Shown: positions 29,280 through 38,853 of the stretch, piece after piece
How the letters are laid out: each line of letters begins with the position of its first letter
Position numbering within the stretch: the stretch's first letter is position 1
From: a virus
Taxonomy: Duplodnaviria; Caudoviricetes
IMG/VR virus record: IMGVR_UViG_2814123268_000002
Span: 1-64,000 of that record
DNA length: 64,000 bases
Strand: one strand, 5' to 3'
The notes under the pieces: generated by a model
What the model was told of the DNA's origin: nothing
Database searches by the model: none
The model's input: the letters and a program-made list of their open reading frames with translations, nothing else
Program-made: the position numbers and the translations under genes

Positions 29280-30456
29280 TGGCAAGCCGAAGGTCGATTA
29301 CGAGAAAATTTTGGCGGAGCAGGGCATGCCCACCACTCCCGCGCAGGCGCGAGCCCGGTTTGACGCCATCGTCAAAGCAGAGGGGTTGATCACCAATGCG
29401 TCGCGCATGTCGCCCTTCTGGAAGTTGATCACCGCCATCGTCACAACGCCGGTGATGTGGCTCAAGGATGCGCTGGTCAACGTGGTGATGAAAAACCTGT
29501 TTTTGGCGACAGCCAGCGGCGTCTTCGTCGATATCATGGCCTGGGCGGTCAACCTGCCCCGTAAGCCTGCCACTGCCGCCCGGGGGGTCATCCTGTTTAC
29601 CAAGGCCGATGCCGCCCGGCTCATCACCGTACCTGCTGGCACCCAGATCCAGACAGAGCGCATCAATGGCGTCATCTACTCGCTGACCACCACCGCCGAC
29701 GCCGTCATTCCGGAAGGGGTAGCGCAGCTGCGCCTGAAGGTCACCGCTGACGCTCCCGGTGCCGGTTTCAATCTGGCCCCGGGCTATTACCGCATTCTGC
29801 CTACCGCCATCGACGGTATCGAGCGCGTCGAAAACCCCGAGGACTGGCTGCTCTCCCCCGGTGCCGATGCCGAGCGCGACGATGAGCTGCGCGATCGGGT
29901 GCGCAATCAGTTCAATCTGGCCGGTGCCTACCACACCGATGCCGTATACCGTGGCCTGATCTCCAGCGTTGCCGGTATCAGCGCCGAGCGCATCTACTTT
30001 GTACACGACGCGCCGCGCGGTCCGGGCACCGCCAACGCCTATATTCTGCTGGACAGCGGGATCCCCGCCCAGCCGTTCATCGACACCATCAATGACCATA
30101 TCATGGACCGGGGGCATCACGGCCACGGCGACGATCTGCGTACATTCGCGATGCCCGAAACACGCCACGACCTGACTGTTACCCTGTACCTCGATGCCAG
30201 CCTTGGGCTGACCGGACAGGCGATCGATGTACTGCGGCGCGATGTCGGCAACCTGGTGCGCTGCGCGTTCCGTGAAAATACCGAATATGACGTACAGAAG
30301 ACCTGGCCCTACAGCCGCTTTAGCATGTCGCGTCTGAGTGAGGAGATTCACCAGCACTTTGCCGAAATCGAATCGGTCATACTCTCGCTGACAGATATCG
30401 AAAGCGGCCTGGCCGTGCCGCGCCTGCGTGCCCTGTCCATCGAGGTACCCGTATGA
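29272..30456 (+). CDS. Baseplate J-like protein
   Basis: PGADAERDDELRDR, PRGPGTANAYI. Confidence 0.9.
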   Translation: MINGKPKVDYEKILAEQGMPTTPAQARARFDAIVKAEGLITNASRMSPFWKLITAIVTTPVMWLKDALVNVVMKNLFLATASGVFVDIMAWAVNLPRKPATAARGVILFTKADAARLITVPAGTQIQTERINGVIYSLTTTADAVIPEGVAQLRLKVTADAPGAGFNLAPGYYRILPTAIDGIERVENPEDWLLSPGADAERDDELRDRVRNQFNLAGAYHTDAVYRGLISSVAGISAERIYFVHDAPRGPGTANAYILLDSGIPAQPFIDTINDHIMDRGHHGHGDDLRTFAMPETRHDLTVTLYLDASLGLTGQAIDVLRRDVGNLVRCAFRENTEYDVQKTWPYSRFSMSRLSEEIHQHFAEIESVILSLTDIESGLAVPRLRALSIEVPV

Positions 30457-31022
30457 ATCTGCCAAAACTGCCTGACATCGCCCTGCCCGGCTGGATGAGC
30501 CTGGGCGAGCCGCTGACGCTGGCACACGCCTCAAAACGCTACTGGGAGATAGTCTATGGCTGGCTGACATGGCCTCTGGCACAAATCGATGTGGACAGCT
30601 GTGCGGTACCACTGCTTAACCTGCTGGCCTACCAGCGCAGCATCACCCGTTTTAACGGTGAACCGCTGAGGCTGTTCCGCCTGCGCGTAAAGCACGCCTT
30701 TATCAACGCCCAAGACGCCGGCGAGCAGCGCGGCTTTGAGCGTATTTTTCAGCGGTTGGAGATAGGTGACGTACAAACGCTGCAACGCCAGTCACGGCTC
30801 GACTGGGATCAGATCATGCTGCGTATCAACGATCTCCAGCTCAGCGAGAACAACGCGTTAATGATGAGCCTGGTGCGCCAGTATGGCCGAACCTGCCGCC
30901 GCTATTTTTTCCAGATCATCAATAACCGCACCCTGCATATCACCGGCGCAACCTTTGACGGCGACTACCGCTATTTACACGCCAAAATTCCCCGGGTCAC
31001 CAATGAGGGCACACACCCATGA
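30453..31022 (+). CDS. Tail/baseplate protein (gpI-like)
   Basis: LLAYQRSITRFNGEPLRLFRLRVKHA. Confidence 0.85.
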   Translation: MNLPKLPDIALPGWMSLGEPLTLAHASKRYWEIVYGWLTWPLAQIDVDSCAVPLLNLLAYQRSITRFNGEPLRLFRLRVKHAFINAQDAGEQRGFERIFQRLEIGDVQTLQRQSRLDWDQIMLRINDLQLSENNALMMSLVRQYGRTCRRYFFQIINNRTLHITGATFDGDYRYLHAKIPRVTNEGTHP

Positions 31023-32917
31023 GCACTGTGATCACCCAACACTACCAGCAGTGGTGTGCCAGCCAGATGTCACATGACCTGCCTGCCCGCCCGGATACCG
31101 TCATTTTTGCCTATATCCCCGGGCAAGACGAAAATGCAGAGATAGACCACACCGAGCCGTTGCCAGCGGATACGTTCATCCGCCACCGTATGCCCGTAAT
31201 GCAATACGGACTGCTCAACCCGAACGTCGTGGCATTCTCCGTTATCCTGGACACCACCGTAGGCAATTTTGACTATAACTGGATAGGTCTGCTGCACGCA
31301 GAGAGCAACACCCTGTGCATGATCTCCCACGTTCCCCGTCAGCAAAAAATCAAAGCCGCAGACGGTATACAGGGCAATAACCTGACGCGCACTTTCGCCA
31401 TGGAGTTCGACGGTGCCGCCGCCGCCATGCAGGTGACCGTTACCGCAGAGGTTTGGCAGATAGATTTCACCGCCCGCCTGGCTGGCATGGATGAGATCCG
31501 CCGCCTGATAGCCCGTGACCATTACGGACCCGCGGCCTTTCTGGACGATGGCTGGCGCGTCACGCCGCAAGAGGGGGCAGCGCACATCGCGCCAGGCATC
31601 GGCTACGTTCAGGGGCTGCGTGTGGTGCTACCCTCGGCCACCACATTGCCCGTGCAACCCGGACAGACAATCTGGCTTGATGCCAGCTGGCAAGGCACCG
31701 CGACCGGTGCCTGGCAGACCGCTATCCAACTGTTCGCCGATAACAGGCAGGCCATTGATGACTACACCGACGCGGCGGGGTTTTGTCACTACCTGGCCCC
31801 ACTGGCCACCGTTGCGACGGATGGTGCCACTGACCTGCGCCCTGCTACGCCGGGCGATCGGCAGCAAGATGCACTCAGAGCCCATGAGGCATCACGCAAC
31901 CACCCTACTGCCACCTTAGATGAAGTAGGTTTCGTACGCCTTAACGACAGCACCGACAGCGACAGCACCACCCAGGCAGCGACGCCCAATGCGGTAAAGC
32001 GTACTTATGAGGAGGCCACCCGCGCCGCCAGCACCAGCCAGGCCGGACAGGTCCTGCTTGAAGACAGTATCAGCAGCTACAGCACCACAAATGCAGCGAC
32101 GGCCAATGCAGTAAGGTACGCCTATGAGAATGCAGTGCGTCCCGCGACTACCAGCCAGGCCGGACAGGTCCTGCTTGAAGACAGCGTCAGCAGCACCAGC
32201 ACCACAAATGCGCCGACGGCCAATGCAGTAAGGTACGCCTATGAGAATGCAGTGCGTCCCGCGACTACCAGCCAGGCCGGACAGGTCCTGCTTGAAGACA
32301 GCGTCAGCAGCACCAGCACCACAAATGCGCCGACGTCCTCTGCGTTAAAACGCACCTATGACAGGGCGAACAGTGCCTATGACAGGGCGAACAGTGCCTA
32401 TGACAGGGCGAGCAGTGCCTATAGTTACGCCGGCTCAATCTACGATAAGGCCTATGATGCATATGACATTGCCCGTCGGGCACCCCCAGTAGGCACACCT
32501 CAACCCTGGCCCAACACCTCCATTCCATCGGGGTGGATCAAATGTGCGGGGCAATCGTTCTCAACCTCAAGCTATCCCGAGCTGGCAAAAGCCTATCCCA
32601 ATGGCCGATTGCCTGATTTACGCGGCGAGTTTATCCGTGGGTATGATGATTACGGTGGTACTGACAGCCAGCGACAGATATTAAGCTGGCAGGGTGATGC
32701 AATGCGAAATATCACGGGGACTTTTGGTGTTGATGATCAGACGATAGAACAAGTAACAGGTGTCTTTAGGGAATATGGGAGGTTCAGCTACGACGCTCGT
32801 TCTGAAAGAAACGGCGCGGGACGTATTATTTACTTTGATGCATCCCAGGTAGTGCCGACGGCAAATGAAAACCGACCACGTAATATCGCATTTCTGTACA
32901 TCGTGAGGGCACAATAA
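31019..32917 (+). CDS. Tail fibre protein
   Basis: DUF3751-like N-terminus, 40-aa fibre repeats, collar PVGTPQPWP...LPDLRGEFIRG, ENRPRNIAFLYIVRA. Confidence 0.93.
   Translation: MSTVITQHYQQWCASQMSHDLPARPDTVIFAYIPGQDENAEIDHTEPLPADTFIRHRMPVMQYGLLNPNVVAFSVILDTTVGNFDYNWIGLLHAESNTLCMISHVPRQQKIKAADGIQGNNLTRTFAMEFDGAAAAMQVTVTAEVWQIDFTARLAGMDEIRRLIARDHYGPAAFLDDGWRVTPQEGAAHIAPGIGYVQGLRVVLPSATTLPVQPGQTIWLDASWQGTATGAWQTAIQLFADNRQAIDDYTDAAGFCHYLAPLATVATDGATDLRPATPGDRQQDALRAHEASRNHPTATLDEVGFVRLNDSTDSDSTTQAATPNAVKRTYEEATRAASTSQAGQVLLEDSISSYSTTNAATANAVRYAYENAVRPATTSQAGQVLLEDSVSSTSTTNAPTANAVRYAYENAVRPATTSQAGQVLLEDSVSSTSTTNAPTSSALKRTYDRANSAYDRANSAYDRASSAYSYAGSIYDKAYDAYDIARRAPPVGTPQPWPNTSIPSGWIKCAGQSFSTSSYPELAKAYPNGRLPDLRGEFIRGYDDYGGTDSQRQILSWQGDAMRNITGTFGVDDQTIEQVTGVFREYGRFSYDARSERNGAGRIIYFDASQVVPTANENRPRNIAFLYIVRAQ
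32031..32422 (+). repeat. 120-bp tandem fibre repeats followed by 21-bp tandem repeats
   Basis: accagccaggccggacaggtcctgcttgaagacag three times; cctatgacagggcgaacagtg about three times (YDRANSA). Confidence 0.9.
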
Positions 32918-33537
32918 TGAAATATCCCTTAACTCCTGAAGTTGCCGAACTTGGCAAAAACCGACTGGCTAAAAAAGCAGGCTGGCTGACGGTATATCAT
33001 ACGGATGAAGCAACCGGCGAATATACAGGTGCCAGTTATGAATTTATTCTGGAGGATACCGGCCTGCCGGCCAACGCATATACCGATGCACCGACAGAGC
33101 CTGCCGCCGGTTACGCCATTGTCCGCAGCCCGGATCGCAAAACGTGGCAGCATGTGCCGGATCACCGGGGAGAAACCGTGTTTGATACCCGTACAGGGAA
33201 ACCAGTGACGGTAAGTATGCCGGGGAATTATCCGCAATACACCACGCCGTTACAACCTGACACACCCTATGATGTGTGGAACGGAGAGAAATGGGTGACA
33301 GATACCCGGCAGCAGCAACAGCACATCACCGCCAACCATTTGCGGAAAAAAAATGCGCTGCTGGAAACGGCCACCCAGCGCATTGAGATCCTGATGGATA
33401 AAATCAGTCTGACTGCCACTGATACACCCACCCAGACCATTCAGGAGCGCTTACTGGCATGGCGGAAATACCGTGCGCAGGTGGATGACATCTCTGCGGA
33501 CACACCCCATATTGACTGGCCCGCTATGCCGGAGTAA
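32917..33537 (+). CDS. Tail fibre assembly protein
   Basis: GLPANAY.DAP, VPDHRGETVF, WNGEKWVTD, WRKYR, IDWP. Confidence 0.9.
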   Translation: MKYPLTPEVAELGKNRLAKKAGWLTVYHTDEATGEYTGASYEFILEDTGLPANAYTDAPTEPAAGYAIVRSPDRKTWQHVPDHRGETVFDTRTGKPVTVSMPGNYPQYTTPLQPDTPYDVWNGEKWVTDTRQQQQHITANHLRKKNALLETATQRIEILMDKISLTATDTPTQTIQERLLAWRKYRAQVDDISADTPHIDWPAMPE

Positions 33538-33542
33538 TCACC

Positions 33543-34265
33543 ATGCCCTGGCAACGCGTCCATCTCACCCTGCCGGATGAATTACCGCCAATAACCTGTT
33601 CTGTCCTGGCTGTCCATCCGTGGACCCATGGTGCCGGGCTGCGCACAGACTCCGGCTGTTACTTAAGCCCGGAAAATGCGATTGCTTTTCTGGCTGACCG
33701 AATCGGAGCCATTTCAGATACACAGGATTTTTTGCTGTTTCTGGTATGTGCCGGGGCTGCGGATGACTTTGCCCGCCGTCTGACCGAACTCGCCGGGGTT
33801 CTCCCCCTGCCGGAAATCGCGCGACTGCGCCGTCTGGTTGATGCCGGGCAGATCCTTGCAGAAAGCCGCATGCAAATTCCGGCCCGTCCACGCCCCGGAA
33901 TTCCCGCACCGACCCGCCTGTCCCTTTCCAATCTCCGTCAACTCCATGCCGCCGGACAGGCAACTACGGCCATGATGCCCATGGCAGGCAGTCTGACTGA
34001 ACTGTCACAGGTACTGCAGCGGTTTCACCGCCAGCGCAACGAACACCTGAATACCCTGCGTGAGCACACGCAACGTCTGCAACAGACCAGTTGCGAACTG
34101 TGGCAATTCAGCCCGGCGCAGAATACCCGGGATGTCCGCCAGCCTCTGCAATGGAATATTCCACAGCCTGAGGCAAGTTTCTCGCTGGGTCTGTTGTTTG
34201 TCGGCGATGACCTGTCAACACTGCGAGCCTGTATATATGAACCAGATAATCGTCCTCGCCCTTGA
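33543..34265 (+). CDS. Phage baseplate/tail protein (HP1-type)
   Basis: VHPW, YLSPENAI; synteny. Confidence 0.65.
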   Translation: MPWQRVHLTLPDELPPITCSVLAVHPWTHGAGLRTDSGCYLSPENAIAFLADRIGAISDTQDFLLFLVCAGAADDFARRLTELAGVLPLPEIARLRRLVDAGQILAESRMQIPARPRPGIPAPTRLSLSNLRQLHAAGQATTAMMPMAGSLTELSQVLQRFHRQRNEHLNTLREHTQRLQQTSCELWQFSPAQNTRDVRQPLQWNIPQPEASFSLGLLFVGDDLSTLRACIYEPDNRPRP

Positions 34266-34821
34266 TGGCGAATCTATCCTGCTGCAGAACATCAATATCA
34301 GCATCACCCTGCGCCTGCCGGATAAAGACATGTCCGGACAGGCCAGCAGCACAGCCAGCGCCGAACAGGGTGACAAGGCCAAGGAGCTGCGCGTGTCCGG
34401 CATCATCAGCTTTGCCGATGAGCGACATCTGACGCGCATTTTTCAGCTGGCCGAAGCCCGCGATGCCAATGGTGCAAAACAATGCTATCGCATCGCCAAC
34501 GCTACCGCCGCCGCCGTCAACATGCGCCAGGGGGTGTTTTCAGGCGCTATCGATGCCACCGAGCAACGCGATACCATGGCATGGCAGATAACGTTCACCC
34601 TGCGTGAAAAAATGAGCGTGCCGGAAAAAGTCGCCGCCCGCAGTAACATCACCACCGGTGCGGGCGGTAACGTCACGGTAAAGCAGCAGACACAGGACGG
34701 CACCGAACCAGCCACCAATGAAAATCAGCAAAGCGCGCTCTGGGCAAATATCAACAGAATTGCAGGCGATACCCTGGATTGGGCAGGCATTGGCGCAGTG
34801 AAAGACGGGGGCCGCAAATGA
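34237..34821 (+). CDS. Phage baseplate complex protein
   Basis: DKDMSGQASST.SAEQGDKAKELRVSG, WQITFTLRE. Confidence 0.7.
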   Translation: MNQIIVLALDGESILLQNINISITLRLPDKDMSGQASSTASAEQGDKAKELRVSGIISFADERHLTRIFQLAEARDANGAKQCYRIANATAAAVNMRQGVFSGAIDATEQRDTMAWQITFTLREKMSVPEKVAARSNITTGAGGNVTVKQQTQDGTEPATNENQQSALWANINRIAGDTLDWAGIGAVKDGGRK

Positions 34822-36566
34822 AACCGATTCAACTCTGCACCGTTGCCGGCAAAGCCTATCAGCCAGCAAGCATGGAGCTTGTCCTGGTGCTAAACGGTGT
34901 CGGCAGGGGCTTTATCACGATCACCCCGGAAGAGGCCACCACTGGCCTGGCTGGCGCCATGGTGCAAATCGACCTGGGTGAGGGAACCGAGGCATGGCGC
35001 TATTTTACCGGCTACGTCGAACGTGATCAGCCGGCAGAGAACGGCGCCCGCCGGCTGTTTGTGCGTGAGGCTGCAGGCCTGCTGGACTTTGAGTTACCCT
35101 GCTCCCATCAGCACCCGACGCTAAAAACCGTCCTGGACACCCTCAGCCAGCAGAGCGGTCTGACTATCTACGCGCCGACGGATGAGAGCTACAGCACCAC
35201 CAGGATCCCACACCTGACCCATGCAGGCAGCGGCACGCAGCTGCTCACCCAACTGGGGCGCTGTTTTGCGATCCCGGATTACGTCTGGCACCCCATGCCT
35301 GACGGCAGCGTCTACGTCGGCAGCGCCAAACAGTCGCGCTTTGCCAGCCTCGCGCTGCCCGAACTGCCGCCGCAGTACCTCATCAGCCAGAGCGCTGGCA
35401 ACAGCGCCACGCTGATGCCGATCCCCACGCTACGCCCCGGCGTTAATCTGCCGAACGGGCGCATCACCGATGTCGCCGTCAAAGACAGCGCCATGACACT
35501 GACCTGGGCGCGCCTGGATGCCAGCGGCAAACCGCTATCGAAAAGCCCAACGCGCCGGTTGATCGAGGGAGAGTTTCCCGAGTTGGCCAGCGGCGCGCTG
35601 CGCACCCGGCTGGCCCGCGTCGTATCCCCAACAGAAAGCGCCAGCCTGGGCGACGTGGCTGATCCGTTCCGGCCAAAATACGCCGTTGATCTGCAGCTAC
35701 TCGACGAACAGGGTAATGACCTGCCGGATACCCCGGTTTATGCTGCGGTTCCCCTCCCCGTTCCCATGGCAGGACCGGAGGCCGGACTGCTGGCCTACCC
35801 GCCCGAGGGAACGCTGGTTGAGGTCGCATTTGTCGAAGGCCGCCCAGACAAACCCATGGTGCGCCAGCTCATCCCACAGGGACATAGCCTGCCCGACATC
35901 AAGCCAGGCGAGCAGCTGCAGCAGCAGCGCGCGGAGGTATTCCAGCGCGTCGGGCAGGATGGCAGCTGGCACCGAGAAACCGATCAGGTTATCCGTGAGG
36001 CCTCGGCGCAGCGCGACATCACCAGCGACAGCGAGAGCAGAACGACAACCACGCGCGAAACCCTGGTGCAGGCCAACGACACAACCACCGTACTCGGTAC
36101 CGCCAGACTACTGGCAGGCCATGTCATCCAGATAGCGGACGGCGACTACAGCATCGCCGCCGGCAACCAGCTGCTGGTGAAAGCCAGGGCGCTACTGGCG
36201 GAGCTGGAGCGCGCCGAGCTGACCATCAACGGCCCACTCACGGAAACCGTCACCGGCAATGTCGAACGCACCACCGGCGGCAACCACACCGAGACCACTA
36301 CCGGCCAGCACAGCATCGAGGCAGCCCAGATGGACATCACGACCGGTCGTGTGTTTATGGGCAGAGGTAGCTCGCATCAGAGCACCGATCGCCTGAACCT
36401 GCTAACGCTGCTGCTTGATATCCTCGACCTGGTCAATCAGCTGGCGCAGCACACCGCTGCACACACCCACAGCAACACCGGCAGCCCCACCAACAGCGGC
36501 AGCCTGTCCGGCGACGCCACCCAGGCCACCAACCTGAAAGCCAGATACCGCGATCTCATCGCCTGA
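34818..36566 (+). CDS. Baseplate hub/spike-like tail protein
   Basis: IPDYVW, DPFRPKYAVD, C-terminal beta-repeat and HTH(S) metal-tip motif AHTHS. Confidence 0.75.
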   Translation: MKPIQLCTVAGKAYQPASMELVLVLNGVGRGFITITPEEATTGLAGAMVQIDLGEGTEAWRYFTGYVERDQPAENGARRLFVREAAGLLDFELPCSHQHPTLKTVLDTLSQQSGLTIYAPTDESYSTTRIPHLTHAGSGTQLLTQLGRCFAIPDYVWHPMPDGSVYVGSAKQSRFASLALPELPPQYLISQSAGNSATLMPIPTLRPGVNLPNGRITDVAVKDSAMTLTWARLDASGKPLSKSPTRRLIEGEFPELASGALRTRLARVVSPTESASLGDVADPFRPKYAVDLQLLDEQGNDLPDTPVYAAVPLPVPMAGPEAGLLAYPPEGTLVEVAFVEGRPDKPMVRQLIPQGHSLPDIKPGEQLQQQRAEVFQRVGQDGSWHRETDQVIREASAQRDITSDSESRTTTTRETLVQANDTTTVLGTARLLAGHVIQIADGDYSIAAGNQLLVKARALLAELERAELTINGPLTETVTGNVERTTGGNHTETTTGQHSIEAAQMDITTGRVFMGRGSSHQSTDRLNLLTLLLDILDLVNQLAQHTAAHTHSNTGSPTNSGSLSGDATQATNLKARYRDLIA

Positions 36567-37354
36567 TCTGCGGCCACCCGGCCGCATCCCCCACCAATAC
36601 CCCATGTAAAACGCACAAGAGCCACCCTGCGAGCCCGCACAACTAAGCTATCGCACACCCCGATGAAACACATGGCGCGCCGCACAGGCTGCAGATGACG
36701 TAATCCGCGCCACGGAATCCTTACGCCACGTAAACCGCACTACTCCCCCCTGCCCGCGGGTTGTGCGTTGAGAATTTTTTTCAGTTTTATTTTTCGCAAA
36801 AACACCCGCTAGCCCGCGCCGGTACTGGGGGCTGGGAAAGATCCAAAATCGCACGCTTTTCAGTTTTTTGCAGTTTTAAACGATCGCGTGCAGTGCGCAG
36901 ACAAGGAAAAAAAACAAAAAACAGTTGATATAAAAGGGGTTTATATACTTTACGTGAGCATCAAAAACGATCGCGTTAGGATCAGGCGGCAAGAGACTAA
37001 AAAGCACAAAGCCTTGCAGGGCGCGGCCTGAGCAGTTTTTGGGGTGCTTAGAAAATTGCAAAAATGATCACAGGACGATCGCGCAGAACGACCGTGAGGG
37101 CAAAGCGGCATCAGGTGCGAAACTCACGTGAAATCGGCCGTGGACTACGCGGCAGCAGGATGAGCAGCGGTGATTATTTGCGCAGAATAGCGAAAGGCGA
37201 TAGATTAGCCGCGGGTGCCTTGGACTTGTCTGTCCGGGCAACCGGCAGGCAAAGAAAAAGCCCCACCTGACGATAAATCAAAGTGGAGCCTCTCTTATGC
37301 ATGACAACATGATAGTAGCCCACTTACTCGCCAAATGGCAAGGAGAAGTCGGCT

Positions 37355-37507
37355 ATGGAGCCACACAAACCAGCGCTCATCGCGCTAATCGTTATCAGCA
37401 TCACCCTATTAGGTGTACTGCTGCTGACAAAACAAAATCTCTGCGACGTTAGCTTCCGAAGCGGCAAAGTGGAGATAGTGGCTCACATGGCCTACGAATC
37501 CGAGTAA
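37355..37507 (+). CDS. hok: Hok/Gef-family type I toxin (50 aa)
   Basis: MEPHKPALIALIVISITLLGVLLLTKQNLCDVSFRSGKVEIVAHMAYESE; AAGGAG RBS; not in ORF track. Confidence 0.88.
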   Translation: MEPHKPALIALIVISITLLGVLLLTKQNLCDVSFRSGKVEIVAHMAYESE

Positions 37508-37585
37508 GTGAGCGACAGGGGCGGTTCGCCGCCCCGATCGCATTGTCGAACGCATGGCCCCAAGGCACCCAAACCTCAGTAATAC

Positions 37586-37616
37586 AAAAAGCCCGCAGGG
37601 AAACCCGCGGGCTTTT
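37586..37616. terminator. Bidirectional Rho-independent terminator
   Basis: aaaaagcccgc...gcgggctttt. Confidence 0.75.
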
Positions 37617-37707
37617 CTGTTTATACGTAGCATGGCACGTCGCCACCCTCTCGCGATGGGAGAAATCGCGGGTAAAAAACATGGAGAAAGCGGGGCGCTA
37701 TTTTCTC

Positions 37708-37739
37708 TGCTGCCACTCTGCTGCCATTTTGCTGCCACT
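37708..37739. repeat. Probable integrase arm-type sites
   Basis: tgctgcca three times; same motif at 4024-4040 at the other prophage end. Confidence 0.65.
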
Positions 37740-37749
37740 GGACAAATTT

Positions 37750-37877
37750 AAGACACAAAAAAACCACCTTGCGGTGGCTTAATAACAAAACATATCTTTT
37801 TGATTTTTATACCATTTTGTCATGGTGCCCGGAGCGGGACTTGAACCCGCACAGCGCGAACGCCGAGGGATTTTAAA
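37750..37877. repeat. att direct repeat, right copy
   Basis: Matches 3805..3932. Confidence 0.95.
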
Positions 37878-37909
37878 TCCCTTGTGTCTACCGATTCCAC
37901 CATCCGGGC
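37823..37909 (-). tRNA. leuZ: tRNA-Leu(TAA)
   Basis: 87 nt, GCCCGGATGGTGGAATCGG...TAA anticodon...GGTTCAAGTCC...CCA. Confidence 0.97.
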
Positions 37910-37923
37910 GGCGACAAATAAAT

Positions 37924-37997
37924 TGGAGGCGCGTTCCGGAGTCGAACCGGACTAGACGGATTTGCAATCCGCTACATAACCGCTTTGTTAACGCGCC
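37924..37997 (-). tRNA. cysT: tRNA-Cys(GCA)
   Basis: 74 nt, GGCGCGTTAACAAAGCGG...GCA...CCA. Confidence 0.97.
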
Positions 37998-38036
37998 TAA
38001 ATGATTGTTCCCGCCGTAGGGCGAGAGCTTAAAATT

Positions 38037-38112
<76 letters not shown>

Positions 38113-38249
38113 ATAATCAACTTATTTATCTGTATCTTCTGGCTTTTCATTATTGCCGTCTGATGCGATGCATTCTACTTATCTGACCGGCGGCGTCAAC
38201 TCTCTTTTTTGCATCGGCCACCCGTTTGCCGTTTTTTAACGCAGCATCA

Positions 38250-38798
38250 TCAGGAGTCCAGCAGATCGCTGCGGGCGGCGCTCAGGTATTGGAACATGGA
38301 CCAGAAAGTCAGCACCGCGGCAATATACAGCGCAACGATCCCGGCAACGGTGATATAGATATCCGGACGCCACAGCAGGCCGACCAACGCCATCATCTGC
38401 GCGGTAGTTTTTACCTTGCCGATCCAAGAGACGGCGACGCTGCTACGCTTGCCGATCTCCGCCATCCACTCTCGCAGGGCAGAGATGATAATTTCGCGGG
38501 CGATCATGGTGGCAGCCGGCAGGGTAACCCACCAGACGTGGTAATACTCCGTGACCAACACCAGCGCCGTCGCCACCATCACTTTATCGGCCACCGGATC
38601 AAGGAAGGCACCAAAGCGGGTGGTCTGCTTCAGGCGGCGGGCGAGATAGCCGTCAAACCAGTCGGTCACCGCCGCCACCACAAAGATCAGCGCGCAGACG
38701 AAGGGGGCCCAGGCAAACGGAAGATAGAACGCCAGAACAAAAAACGGAATCAATATAACGCGAAACAGCGTTAATAACGTGGGGATATTTAATCGCAT
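38250..38798 (-). CDS. pgsA: CDP-diacylglycerol--glycerol-3-phosphate 3-phosphatidyltransferase
   Basis: DWFDGYLAR...[11 protein letters not shown]; synteny. Confidence 0.97.
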   Translation of the reverse strand: MRLNIPTLLTLFRVILIPFFVLAFYLPFAWAPFVCALIFVVAAVTDWFDGYLARRLKQTTRFGAFLDPVADKVMVATALVLVTEYYHVWWVTLPAATMIAREIIISALREWMAEIGKRSSVAVSWIGKVKTTAQMMALVGLLWRPDIYITVAGIVALYIAAVLTFWSMFQYLSAARSDLLDS

Positions 38799-38853
38799 AG
38801 TACTGTGACGATCTTCCTTTCGTGGATACTGCGTTTATGTTGCTACAACGCCC

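Larger units (their letters stand above)
3805..37877. mobile_element. P2-family (HP1/K139-like) prophage integrated at tRNA-Leu
   Basis: int, cI, cox, repA, ogr, Q-P-O-N-M-L head genes, contractile tail, bounded by 128-bp direct repeats. Confidence 0.95.

Noticed and set aside
29212-30612. 466-aa minus-strand ORF
   Set aside because: Shadow of the GC-rich baseplate J gene; no motifs. The same applies to most overlapping ORFs in the track
32031-32422. CRISPR-like or DGR-like repeats
   Set aside because: In-frame coding tandem repeats with no unique spacers; no cas or reverse transcriptase gene; no adenine-specific TR/VR pair seen
31019-33537. Invertible tail fibre cassette
   Set aside because: No invertase or inverted crossover sites found; single fibre/chaperone pair
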